A stretch of DNA of 64,000 nt from an uncultured Verrucomicrobiae bacterium. Its GTDB lineage: Bacteria; Chlamydiota; Chlamydiia; Chlamydiales; Rhabdochlamydiaceae. A program made the translations under genes and the position numbers. The notes beneath the pieces are model-generated. The model searched no databases and was not told where the DNA came from. It was given only the letters and a program-made list of their open reading frames with translations. Below, piece after piece: positions 19,562-28,326 of this stretch (the first letter of the stretch is position 1; each line of letters starts with the position of its first letter). The DNA is taken from positions 864,997-928,996 of the forward strand of contig CAVSUE010000001.1 of the NCBI GenBank assembly GCA_963731265.1, given 5' to 3'.

Positions 19562-19802
19562 TTGTTGCATAAACCAAAAATTTAACCACCGAGCTCACCG
19601 AGAGCACCGAGATGAAATCGATCACAAGCGCTATCGCTATCCACGAGGCACAATTACTGTCATATCTTAAATTCGCTGGTTGTCAAGTAGGGTTACTGAT
19701 CAACTTTAACGTAAAGTTGTTAAAGAATGGGATCCGTAGAATAATAAATTAATCTCGGTGCTCTCGGTGAGCTCGGTGGTTTATTACCCATTTATGCAAC
19801 AA
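19562..19802 (+). mobile_element. Inverted-repeat-bounded element carrying a GxxExxY (PD-(D/E)XK-like) C-terminal fragment (19612-19752)
   Basis: Arms TTGTTGCATAAA..AACCACCGAGCTCACCGAGAGCACCGAGAT and their complement. The interior reads MKSI..IHEAQLLSYLKFAGCQVGLLINFNVKLLKNGIRRIIN*. Confidence 0.78.
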
Positions 19803-19842
19803 AGCCGTTCAACTCCCGAAAAAAAAGCCAAAGGCTAGCCTT

Positions 19843-20202
19843 CTATCGGTTTTCCCATTCATCCTCCTCTTCATCAAATCCTTCCTCTTCGATTCCCGAG
19901 CTATCAGCAACACAAGTAGAACTCCAAGACTTTTGACTTCTTAAAAAATCTTCTCGTTCCCTAGCTTCTCTAATGGATTTATCAAGGTCAACAATGAGAT
20001 CCTTTTTCTCAACACGTTGACCACCTGGTAGGATAGGAAGCAATTCCTGCGTTGGATCCCAATCTTCTGTGTAAAAAGAAAAAGGAGCTGAAATTTCTCC
20101 AAGCTCAAACCATTGAACAGATTCTTCAGCCGGGTTTTCTTCTTCAGCAATTAAATGGGAAGAAAAAGCATTGAAGTAGAGCGCTAAGAACACATATTTC
20201 AT
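19843..20202 (-). CDS. Small secreted acidic hypothetical protein
   Basis: Signal peptide MKYVFLALYFNAFSSHLIA, upstream GAAGGAG, acidic C-terminus. Confidence 0.65.
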   Translation of the reverse strand: MKYVFLALYFNAFSSHLIAEEENPAEESVQWFELGEISAPFSFYTEDWDPTQELLPILPGGQRVEKKDLIVDLDKSIREAREREDFLRSQKSWSSTCVADSSGIEEEGFDEEEDEWENR

Positions 20203-20361
20203 TCGAACTCCTTCATTTTAAAGAATAACCTTACTGCTTTTTGACTTTTTTTTACTAGAAGAACATGTCTCTTGCTCTCTTGTAAACGCGCTTTTTTTTC
20301 ATCAAAAACATCCCGCAAACGCTAAACAGGGGTCTGATTTGAGGGGCAAGGTCTCTTTCAA

Positions 20362-20448
20362 ATGGGAAAAAAACGGGATTAAATAAGCATGCCTTATTTT
20401 TTCCTAACCTGAACTTAACAAAGCTGTGCTCATGAATCATATGACCTC
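20362..20448. repeat. ~85-bp direct repeat, copy 1 (possible IS-end remnant)
   Basis: CTTATTTTTTCCTAACCTGAACTTAACAAAG(C/G)TGTGCTCATGAATCATA(T/C)GACCTC recurs at 21492-21578. Confidence 0.75.
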
Positions 20449-20598
20449 TTCGAATTGGATGCGGGTACCATCACCGTTATTGAGCTCAATAAGGTTTTCC
20501 GAAAGGTCGTATTGAAATGTACGAGATGTTAAACTGGCTAAGCTATTGGTAACATATAGCAAAGAAGTTACAAAACCCAATAAAAATCGAGTATTCAT
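20437..20598 (-). pseudogene. Truncated start of a second Rhs/YD gene (signal peptide + first YD repeat)
   Basis: MNTRFLLGFVTSLLYVTNSLA-SLTSRTFQYDLSENLIELNNGDGTRIQFE, then runs into the direct repeat. Not in the ORF track (53 aa). Confidence 0.7.
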
Positions 20599-20626
20599 AA
20601 TTTAATTATCCAATTTTTTATTCTCA

Positions 20627-21124
20627 TTAAGGGTGTGTATATAAAGAGTTCCATTTAGTTTGTATTTCCTTAGGAAGGGCTTCATTATTAATGCCTACTA
20701 CAATGTCAACTGGAATTATGAAGTCACTAAATCTTTTTGCGTGTTTAACATAGGAAGGTGGCAAATTACTGATATCGATCTTTAGCCAATTTTGATCATT
20801 CCCTATTCTCCAAGCCAGAGTGCCCCATGCACTAGCACCTCCATGATTTTTTAAGCGGAGAACCACGTTTGCATTTTTGAGATAAAGATCTTTTTGGGGA
20901 GGTTGCAGAACATCATTTTCTGGATGGGTTAACAGTTGAACTACTTGCTGATCATTAAGCAGATAAGGCTTTACCTCGATTTTCTTGGCATACCCTCGAT
21001 CGCTAAAGAACCAACGGACAAAGAAAATCGATTTATTCCCTGTAACCGTATCCTTAATCTCAAGAAAGGCTAAGATTCCTAAGATGATCGTTAATGCGAT
21101 GATGCAAAAGGAAGGCTTTTTCAT
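20627..21124 (-). CDS. Rhs-associated small protein, paralog 3 (EWxxLYxK family)
   Basis: N-terminal TM; GYAKKIEVKPYLLNDQQ, LRLKNHG..AWGTL, KWNSLYT. Confidence 0.82.
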   Translation of the reverse strand: MKKPSFCIIALTIILGILAFLEIKDTVTGNKSIFFVRWFFSDRGYAKKIEVKPYLLNDQQVVQLLTHPENDVLQPPQKDLYLKNANVVLRLKNHGGASAWGTLAWRIGNDQNWLKIDISNLPPSYVKHAKRFSDFIIPVDIVVGINNEALPKEIQTKWNSLYTHP

Positions 21125-21399
21125 CTTGCTCTCCCAAATACTTCTTCGAAATTGGATTCATCGATGGGATACGCGATCTCCTGTTGGAGAGAATCTTCAG
21201 AATGCGATTTGAGGGTTATATCACCTCCCTTTAAGTTGTTCTCGGGTTGAAGACGTGAGAGGTTTTTTAAAGCATTTTCAGTGGTTATTTGTAAATTACC
21301 AAAATTGATTTCTTTTAATGAAAACTCTCGATCTTCTTCTCCGAACAAGAAAATTGAAGTCAGGGAAGCGACAATTATTAATGGCATTTTTTGTTTCAT
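21121..21399 (-). CDS. Small secreted hypothetical protein, translationally coupled to paralog 3
   Basis: Signal-like N-terminus; ATGA overlap with 21124. Confidence 0.6.
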   Translation of the reverse strand: MKQKMPLIIVASLTSIFLFGEEDREFSLKEINFGNLQITTENALKNLSRLQPENNLKGGDITLKSHSEDSLQQEIAYPIDESNFEEVFGRAR

Positions 21400-21491
21400 G
21401 GTTTCAAAAAAGGGTTAATACGAAAATCCATCTTGTCATCGAGCAGGTAGAAATTCAAGACTTTTCTGCAGATAGTTTTTGGATTTATCCT

Positions 21492-21578
21492 TGGGAAAAA
21501 AAATCGGATTAAATTAGGATCACTTATTTTTTCCTAACCTGAACTTAACAAAGGTGTGCTCATGAATCATACGACCTC
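21492..21578. repeat. ~85-bp direct repeat, copy 2
   Basis: See copy 1; ends 4 nt before the likely speE ATG. Confidence 0.75.
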
Positions 21579-21582
21579 GACT

Positions 21583-22473
21583 ATGATACTGACTTCTCTT
21601 TTCTTTTTCGGCGCCGTAAACGGAAATGAATGGTACACAGAAACGCTTTACCCGGAATGGCATCAGGCTGTGAGGGTAGACCGTGTCATCGAACAGGATG
21701 AAACGGGGGTGCAAGCTCTGGCGATTTTTGAAAATGATCGATTTGGACGGGTCCTGGCTCTGGATGGGGTGATCCAGACGACGCAGGCTGATGAATTCGT
21801 TTACCACGAGATGATGGTGCATGTGCCTCTGATCGCGCATGGAAAGGCCGAGCAGGTATTGATCATTGGGGGAGGAGATGGGGGGATCTTGCGCGAGGTT
21901 TTCCGCCATAAAAATGTGAGAAGAGTTGTCATGGTGGAGATCGACCGCTCGGTGGTCGATTTATCGAAAAAGTATCTTCCGACATTCTCTGAGGGAGCTT
22001 TTGACGATCCCCGGTTTGGGCTTGTCATTGACGATGGCGCAGAATATGTGAAAAATACAAAGGACCGCTTTGATGTGATCATTTGCGATTCCACGGATCC
22101 GATTGGACCTGGGGAAGTGCTCTTTACCAAAGAATTTTATGGGAACTGCAAAAGGATCTTGAATGGGAAAGGGATCTTCGTCAACCAGAACGGGGTGCCT
22201 TTTATGCAGCCGTTTGAGGTGAAAGAGACGTACGAGCGGCGCAAACCGTTTTTTGAAGATACAGGTTTTTATGTCGCAGCGATTCCTACCTATGTGGGTG
22301 GATTCATGGCATTGGGTTATGCGACGGATGAGAAGAGTTATCGCAAAATTACTCTTAAAGAGCTGAATCGAAGGCTTCAAGAGGTGGAAGGGGAGTTGAA
22401 ATACTACAATTCCGAGATTCATCAGGCGGCTTTTGCTTTGCCGAACTTCGTTAAGATACAATTTAATCAATGA
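21583..22473 (+). CDS. speE: Polyamine aminopropyltransferase (spermidine synthase) with hydrophobic N-terminal extension
   Basis: LALDGVIQTT, YHEMMVH, VLIIGGGDGG, VEID, FDVIICDSTDPIGP. The ORF-track GTG start lies inside the repeat. Confidence 0.93.
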   Translation: MILTSLFFFGAVNGNEWYTETLYPEWHQAVRVDRVIEQDETGVQALAIFENDRFGRVLALDGVIQTTQADEFVYHEMMVHVPLIAHGKAEQVLIIGGGDGGILREVFRHKNVRRVVMVEIDRSVVDLSKKYLPTFSEGAFDDPRFGLVIDDGAEYVKNTKDRFDVIICDSTDPIGPGEVLFTKEFYGNCKRILNGKGIFVNQNGVPFMQPFEVKETYERRKPFFEDTGFYVAAIPTYVGGFMALGYATDEKSYRKITLKELNRRLQEVEGELKYYNSEIHQAAFALPNFVKIQFNQ

Positions 22474-22476
22474 GGA

Positions 22477-23619
22477 TTGGTAATGAGTTTAAGAAGATGG
22501 ATGTTGCGAATTGCAGCGATAACTCTTTTTTCCAGCGCCGCCGCAGAGTTTGATGCGACGATTCCCGTGCTGGACATGAAGGAGTATTATCGGCAAGAGA
22601 CCAAAGAAAAGTTCGTCAAAGAACTTTACGACGCGCTGCACGAGGTGGGCTTTTTTGCTGTCGTCAACACAGGCGTTAACGCCGAAATATTGGACAATGG
22701 CTATCGGGCTTGTTTTGAGTATTTTGCTTTGCCGTTCGACGAAAAAATGCGGAGTTTCAGCCTTTCTACGAATGGCCAGCGCGGCTATGTTCCCGGAGAA
22801 TCGGCTAAAGGGTCTCATTTGGGAGACTTCAAGGAATTTTATCATGTGGGGCGCGAGCGGAGCGAAGAGCAAGCGCGGGCTTTGAGCACATGGCAAAATA
22901 TCTGGCCGTCCGATTTTAATTTGAAAGATCCGCTTTATTCGCTTTTTACGGCACTGCAGGAATACACCTTTTCCTTGGGCTCAGCGATGTCGGAAGCGAT
23001 GGGGGCTTGTCCTGCCCTGTTGCAGGACATGATCGTTGATGGGGATGTGCTGATGCGCGCCATCCATTATCCTGCGAATCCTCCGAAAGAGAGTTTTTGG
23101 GCTGCCGAGCATACCGATATCGATCTCTTCACCATTTTGCCGCGGGCGACAGCAGAGGGTCTGCAGGTGCAAAATAAAGAAGGGGAATGGATTGATGTCA
23201 AAGTTCCTGAAAAGGCTTTTATCGTCAACGGAGGCGATATGTTGGAAAACATCACGAATGGGGAATTCCGCAGCGGACTCCACCGTGTGGTCGCCAAACG
23301 GGATGGCTACGAACGGTATTCTCTGGTGTTTTTTGTACATCCGCGCTCGCAGGACAGGTTGGATCCACTCACCGCATGCATCGAACGCACGGGGGGTGTG
23401 CGCAAATATGCGAACGCGACGCGCCTTGAGCTTCTTGAGGAAAGGCTGGTCGATTTGGGCCTGGCCTCTCCGGCCATGATGGAGCATCTTGCCCAAAGCG
23501 GCCTGATGGAACGGTTGATCGAAGTGGGCAGGGCGAGTCCCAAAGCAATGAAAAAATTGAGAGACGCGGGGTTAGCCAGTGATGCCGTTTTGGCGGAACT
23601 CGTCCGTCTTAATCAGTAA
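22477..23619 (+). CDS. 2-oxoglutarate/Fe(II) dioxygenase (IPNS/DIOX family) with signal-like N-terminus
   Basis: IPVLDM..GFFAVVNTG; HTDIDLFT; NGGDML..TNG..SGLHRV; RYSLVFF. Confidence 0.9.
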   Translation: MVMSLRRWMLRIAAITLFSSAAAEFDATIPVLDMKEYYRQETKEKFVKELYDALHEVGFFAVVNTGVNAEILDNGYRACFEYFALPFDEKMRSFSLSTNGQRGYVPGESAKGSHLGDFKEFYHVGRERSEEQARALSTWQNIWPSDFNLKDPLYSLFTALQEYTFSLGSAMSEAMGACPALLQDMIVDGDVLMRAIHYPANPPKESFWAAEHTDIDLFTILPRATAEGLQVQNKEGEWIDVKVPEKAFIVNGGDMLENITNGEFRSGLHRVVAKRDGYERYSLVFFVHPRSQDRLDPLTACIERTGGVRKYANATRLELLEERLVDLGLASPAMMEHLAQSGLMERLIEVGRASPKAMKKLRDAGLASDAVLAELVRLNQ

Positions 23620-23728
23620 AAATTTTTTTAAACAGAGATGTAATTAACATCCCGGTTAATTTAACAATGTAATAAAATTTTTTTTCCGTCTATTTAAAGT
23701 ATCTTCATGTTATAATTATCCATAATAA

Positions 23729-24637
23729 ATGGGTTTTACCATGTTTTATTTTGAAATAAACCGTTGGTTCCGGGCCCTTGCCCGCTTTTGCGATTATTGC
23801 CTTTTTTTTCTAGCGCTTGGAGCTGTTACTCTTTTTCTTCCGTTCTTTTACGGCCCTCTATTTTATTATTTGCTCGCATTGGCTACCCCATTCTTGTGGG
23901 TCCCCGTAGAAGCCTGGTTGATTAGCAAGTGGGCAACAACTCCCGGAAAAGCCCTATTAGGTTTATCGGTCCGCGACCCTCTTGGCTTTAAACTTCCCTT
24001 TTACGCTTCTTTGCGCAGGGCATTTTTTCTACCTGGCCGGCCGGGGACAGTCCTTCAAAAAAAGATCTCGTGGATAAGAAAGTTATGCGCCATTGCAGCG
24101 AGTACGGTATTTGTCATGACAGCAGTCTATGGTAATTATTTGACGTTGTGGAGCGTGGGCTTAAACAAGGGAATCTCTCCGCAAGAATGGGTCCAATATT
24201 CTCCCAATGATGGCGGTTTTAAAATTTCTTTTCCGACGCCCCCGGAAGAAAATGTCAAAGAACTCGTGATCCCCGACAGCGGAAAAGTTCTTCCCTACGA
24301 AGAACTCACCAGCACTGAAAATGAAAAAATCCGCTATTCTGTGAGCCACATGGAACTTCCCCGACGATGGAGAATCGCGGGCAATACCACTCTTCTCAAG
24401 GGAGTGCTCGAACTCGTAGTGAAACATACGGAAGGGGGAGAGCTCATCGAAAAAGAATTGAAAATAATCTCGGGGCATCGCGTCCTAGACTATCGCATGA
24501 AACAAGGTGACGAGGAAGTCAAAGGGCGCTTGATTATCGTCGGGCCCATTTTGTACAAACTCTCCATCACCTATCCCCCTTCCCATGCTGACAAACTGGA
24601 GCAGAATCCCTTCTTAGATTCCTTTGAAACGTCTTAG
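23729..24637 (+). CDS. RDD family membrane protein with C-terminal soluble domain
   Basis: RALARFCDY..TPGKALLGLSV. Confidence 0.8.
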   Translation: MGFTMFYFEINRWFRALARFCDYCLFFLALGAVTLFLPFFYGPLFYYLLALATPFLWVPVEAWLISKWATTPGKALLGLSVRDPLGFKLPFYASLRRAFFLPGRPGTVLQKKISWIRKLCAIAASTVFVMTAVYGNYLTLWSVGLNKGISPQEWVQYSPNDGGFKISFPTPPEENVKELVIPDSGKVLPYEELTSTENEKIRYSVSHMELPRRWRIAGNTTLLKGVLELVVKHTEGGELIEKELKIISGHRVLDYRMKQGDEEVKGRLIIVGPILYKLSITYPPSHADKLEQNPFLDSFETS

Positions 24638-24799
24638 AAGCTGTCCTAAAACCGCAATTTCGAATCTTCGGCGCTTTCGCGATCTTTTTTGCCGCCTCGC
24701 TCAGCCATATCACCGTCCCGATATTGTCTTCGCTCGGCGTCAAAAAATCTCATCGAAAGCTCCTCCGAATCTCCGGGATTGTGGTTTTAGGACAGCTTC
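24637..24799. mobile_element. MITE-like element (163 bp) with TIRs, flanked by TTA
   Basis: GAAGCTGTCCTAAAACCGCAAT ... ATTGTGGTTTTAGGACAGCTTC; TTA at 24634 and 24800. Confidence 0.75.
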
Positions 24800-24802
24800 T
24801 TA

Positions 24803-24973
24803 GAGACTGACCACAAACTCAGCTTCTGTCGATTTTCGGGTTCTTTGGAGCCAATTTTCGAATTCTTTTTGCGGGGGTAGTATCAACTTGCGTATACCAC
24901 CCCCGCAAAAAAAATCAAAAAGCGGCCAAAATAATCCCGAAAAGCGACGAAGCCTGGGTTTGTGGTCAGTCTC
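24803..24973. mobile_element. MITE-like element (171 bp) with TIRs, flanked by TTA
   Basis: GAGACTGACCACAAAC ... GTTTGTGGTCAGTCTC; TTA at 24800 and 24974. Confidence 0.75.
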
Positions 24974-25591
24974 TTAGTGCAACGCTTTGATCCAGTAGAT
25001 CATCGGCTTTTCTGTGGCATGATCTTTCCCAGCTGTTTTCCATGCAAGGGTGCATTTCATTTCGGGATGCACAATATATCCTCTTTTCCGCCAAAAATCA
25101 GATAAAGGGATGAAATCTTTCGGGGCCCGTGTATCTGTTTCGGAATGTTCGGGGAAGCAAAAGCAGATGTGTTTGTATTTTTTGTGGTGGGCGACATGCG
25201 CTTCGCGCGCATCGAAAAAATGATGGCCGATCCCTCGGCCCCGGTAGGCCTTGAGGAGGACAGAGTCTCCAAATGAGTAATAGGAATCGATATCCAGGCG
25301 TCTTTCTTTAAAAGGTTTCAAGAGAGGTTGTTCCTCAATGGCGAGAGGATAGCCAACGGAAGCGCCGACAATGGTCGTGTTATCGAAAATCAAAACTCCA
25401 ATCGACTCTCTGTGGGATAATACTTTTCTTAAAGTTTGCGTTTCCCTATCAAGGTCCGGCTCTTCAAAATAGGGGTACTCCCTAAAGACATCCATGCGTA
25501 ATTTGGCCACCGAATGCAGATACGACTTTAGGCCCGCCCCGGTGAAAGAGCGGACGTGGATATCTGTCAGAAGCATCATGTTTTCCCCCAA
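24974..25591 (-). CDS. GNAT family N-acetyltransferase
   Basis: LRMDVFREYPY; DSVLLKAYRGRGIGHHFF; FWRKRGY. Confidence 0.88.
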   Translation of the reverse strand: MGENMMLLTDIHVRSFTGAGLKSYLHSVAKLRMDVFREYPYFEEPDLDRETQTLRKVLSHRESIGVLIFDNTTIVGASVGYPLAIEEQPLLKPFKERRLDIDSYYSFGDSVLLKAYRGRGIGHHFFDAREAHVAHHKKYKHICFCFPEHSETDTRAPKDFIPLSDFWRKRGYIVHPEMKCTLAWKTAGKDHATEKPMIYWIKALH

Positions 25592-25695
25592 TAAATGTTT
25601 GAGACAAGGATTTTTTATGTCGAAAAATGAGAAAAAGATAAAGCGAAAAAGGATGCTTGGGTATCCTGAAGTCTATTTAACCCTCAGAGGCTGAC

Positions 25696-26304
25696 ATGGC
25701 TAAGCTATATTTTCGGTATGGAACCGTTGGAAGCGCGAAGACATTGAATCTGCTCGCTGTCGCGCATAATTACCGCCAGCAAGGCAAGAGAATTGTCCTT
25801 TTAAAGCCTGAGCTCGACTCCCGTTTTGGCAGACAGAGAATAAAATCGCGAGCAGGATTGGAGATGGATGCGGACATTTTGGTGTCGCCGGAGACTAAAC
25901 TGCTTGAAATGGACTGGGACGACATCAGCTGTGTTCTAGTGGACGAAGCGCAATTTATCTCTTCGGTGCATATTGAAGAATTGAGGAAGATCACTCTTAT
26001 CAAGAACATTCCGGTGATCTGTTATGGACTGCGGTCGGACTTCCGTACCCGATTGTTCGAAGGCTCGCGGCGCTTAATGGAATTGGCTGACTCGATTGAA
26101 GAGGTCAAGGCGACTTGCCACTACTGCAATCGCAAATCCATTGTAAACTTGAAGCATGTCAACGGGATAGCCGCTCTCGACGGCCCTTCTGTCCAGCTCG
26201 GCACCGAAGAGAAATATTATCCTGTTTGCTACAAGTGCTATGTCGATCAAATCGAAGCGGCGAACAACATAGCACTCTTGGCACAAGTACAAGATGCTAA
26301 TTGA
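25696..26304 (+). CDS. tdk: Thymidine kinase
   Basis: YGTVGSAKT, LVDEAQF, YGLRSDF..FEGS, Zn-binding CHYC..CYKC. Confidence 0.96.
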   Translation: MAKLYFRYGTVGSAKTLNLLAVAHNYRQQGKRIVLLKPELDSRFGRQRIKSRAGLEMDADILVSPETKLLEMDWDDISCVLVDEAQFISSVHIEELRKITLIKNIPVICYGLRSDFRTRLFEGSRRLMELADSIEEVKATCHYCNRKSIVNLKHVNGIAALDGPSVQLGTEEKYYPVCYKCYVDQIEAANNIALLAQVQDAN

Positions 26305-26437
26305 GGCAATTGCAAAACTCCACGCCATCAGAAAGAGGCTGCGAAGAAAGGCAAGCAGTGCCAAGCAGGTGAGCAAAGCGAATCGCCTGAGGCGTCAAAA
26401 GGGCGATTCTACGCGGCCAAGAGTTTTCAATTGCTCA
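26302..26437. repeat. Inverted-repeat-bounded element whose termini are the tdk and udk stop codons
   Basis: TGAGGCAATTGCAAAACTC ... GAGTTTTCAATTGCTCA. Confidence 0.6.
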
Positions 26438-27139
26438 GTTGATCGGTTGTTTTGCTTTATCTGATCTTTGGGCGAAAAAGTCATGTTCCTTTTTCAAGCC
26501 TGAGATCACCAAAGCGATGCCGTTCTCATTACGCTGCCTTGTTGGAATGATCAAGTCTGCATGACGCTTGCTTGGTTCCACGAACATCTCGTGCATTGGC
26601 TTTACTGTTGTCATATACTGGTCGCGCACGCTGTTGAAATCGCGGGCTCTTTCATTCAAATCCCTCTCAATCCGTCGAAGAAGCCGGATGTCATCATCGG
26701 ACTCGACAAAGATCTTCAAATCGCACAATTCCCGAATTTCCGCCACGGCGAACAAAAGGATGCCTTCGACAATGACGATCTCAGCGGGGTTGACTGTCTG
26801 CGTGCTCTTTTCGCGGGAATGGGTGCTAAAATTGTAAATCGGCACTTCGATCGGGTGATCTTCTTTGAGTTGAATCAGATGCTTTTTCAATAACGCAAAA
26901 TCGATCGCATCGGGATGGTCAAAATTCCGTTTAGCGCGCTCTTCAAGACTTAGATGAGAGAGGTCTTTGTAATAGTCGTCTTGGTTGATGATGACAGCGC
27001 AGTCGGAAAAAGTTTCGAGCAACTTTTCGGCGAGCGTCGTTTTTCCAGAACCCGTTCCGCCTGCTATCCCAACGAATACTTGGGCCTGTGCTATTAAAGG
27101 GAATACAAAAGATAAAAGACCAACGATGAGAAAACGCAT
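26435..27139 (-). CDS. udk: Uridine kinase with signal-peptide-like N-terminus
   Basis: VGIAGGTGSGKTT, QDDYYKD, NFDHPDA, IVEGILL, RRIERD..ERAR. Confidence 0.95.
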   Translation of the reverse strand: MRFLIVGLLSFVFPLIAQAQVFVGIAGGTGSGKTTLAEKLLETFSDCAVIINQDDYYKDLSHLSLEERAKRNFDHPDAIDFALLKKHLIQLKEDHPIEVPIYNFSTHSREKSTQTVNPAEIVIVEGILLFAVAEIRELCDLKIFVESDDDIRLLRRIERDLNERARDFNSVRDQYMTTVKPMHEMFVEPSKRHADLIIPTRQRNENGIALVISGLKKEHDFFAQRSDKAKQPIN

Positions 27140-27189
27140 AAAATTAACCTTCTATTTTAAAACTCCCAATAGGATAACTAAGAAGAGGA

Positions 27190-28326
27190 TTAAATCTCAT
27201 CTCTTAAGATTTTTTGACGGTACCGCCGCATCAAATCTATCATGAAATGCAGGTTATGGATCGTGGCGAGCGTCATGCATGTCATCTCGCGGGCTTTGAA
27301 TAAATGATGGAGATAGGCCAAAGAAAACTGGCTGCATGTTGAACAAGGACAACCTTCTTCAGGCGGAACAAAAGCCCTGGCATGGCTGCTCTGTGTGATT
27401 TTCAGGGGACCTTTGTTAGTCAACAAGATCCCATGACGTGCTGCGCGTGTGGGATAAGAAGAATCAAAAGTATCTATCCCCAAAGGAATGCATTGATCGA
27501 TCGATTCCAGATCGCCGATCCCAAGTAGATGATTGGGCTTTTCTAGCGGAAGCATCGGCATTGTCGTTGAGAGCATCCCGATCATTTCGGGCTTGGTTTT
27601 TCCCATGCTTCCTCCAATTGCAAATCCATCGAAAGCAAGGCCGGTTAAGAAATCGCAACTCGCTTTGCGCAGTTCATGATGAACCCCGCCATGAATAACT
27701 GCGTACATCGCTTGTCGTTGAGGGTTTGCCAGGTGAGCGTTGAGCGAACGCTCCTCCCATCGATGCGTGCGGTCCAACGATTTTTTTAAATCGATATCGG
27801 CAATATGATAGGGGGGCAACTCGTCGAAAGGGATGATGATATCGGCGCCAAGGTCTTTTTGCGCAGCTATCGAAGTTTCCGGGGTCAGAAGGATCTTCGC
27901 GCCATCTCGATAGGAGCGGAACAGGACTCCTTCCTCGGTGATTTTCAACACGTGGCCGTCTTGTTTTTTTGTGCCTTTGCTCTTTAATTCATCGGCGACG
28001 GAACCATAAGCTAAGCTAAAGACTTGAAAGCCCCCTGAGTCAGTGATGATGGGCAATGAGCGGTTGATATAAGAGTGCAGACCGCCTGCCTGGCGCACAA
28101 TTTCCGTACCCGGCTGAAGCATGAGGTGATACGTATTGCAGAACATCAGCTGCAATCCCATTTGTTCAACGGATGCGTTATCTAAAGCTTTGAGGGTCCC
28201 GTTGGTCCCGACCCCGACAAAATTCGGCGTGTCGATGACTCCATGAGGGGTTGTGATCCTGCCGACGCGCGCGCGCGATTTTGAAGAGCTATGGATAAGC
28301 TCGAATTGAAAATACGGTTGAGTCAT
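27190..28326 (-). CDS. tgt: tRNA-guanine transglycosylase
   Basis: RARVGRITTPHG, CNTYHL, TDSGGFQVFSL, GIDTFDSSYPTR, Zn site CPCSTC..H. Confidence 0.96.
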   Translation of the reverse strand: MTQPYFQFELIHSSSKSRARVGRITTPHGVIDTPNFVGVGTNGTLKALDNASVEQMGLQLMFCNTYHLMLQPGTEIVRQAGGLHSYINRSLPIITDSGGFQVFSLAYGSVADELKSKGTKKQDGHVLKITEEGVLFRSYRDGAKILLTPETSIAAQKDLGADIIIPFDELPPYHIADIDLKKSLDRTHRWEERSLNAHLANPQRQAMYAVIHGGVHHELRKASCDFLTGLAFDGFAIGGSMGKTKPEMIGMLSTTMPMLPLEKPNHLLGIGDLESIDQCIPLGIDTFDSSYPTRAARHGILLTNKGPLKITQSSHARAFVPPEEGCPCSTCSQFSLAYLHHLFKAREMTCMTLATIHNLHFMIDLMRRYRQKILRDEI

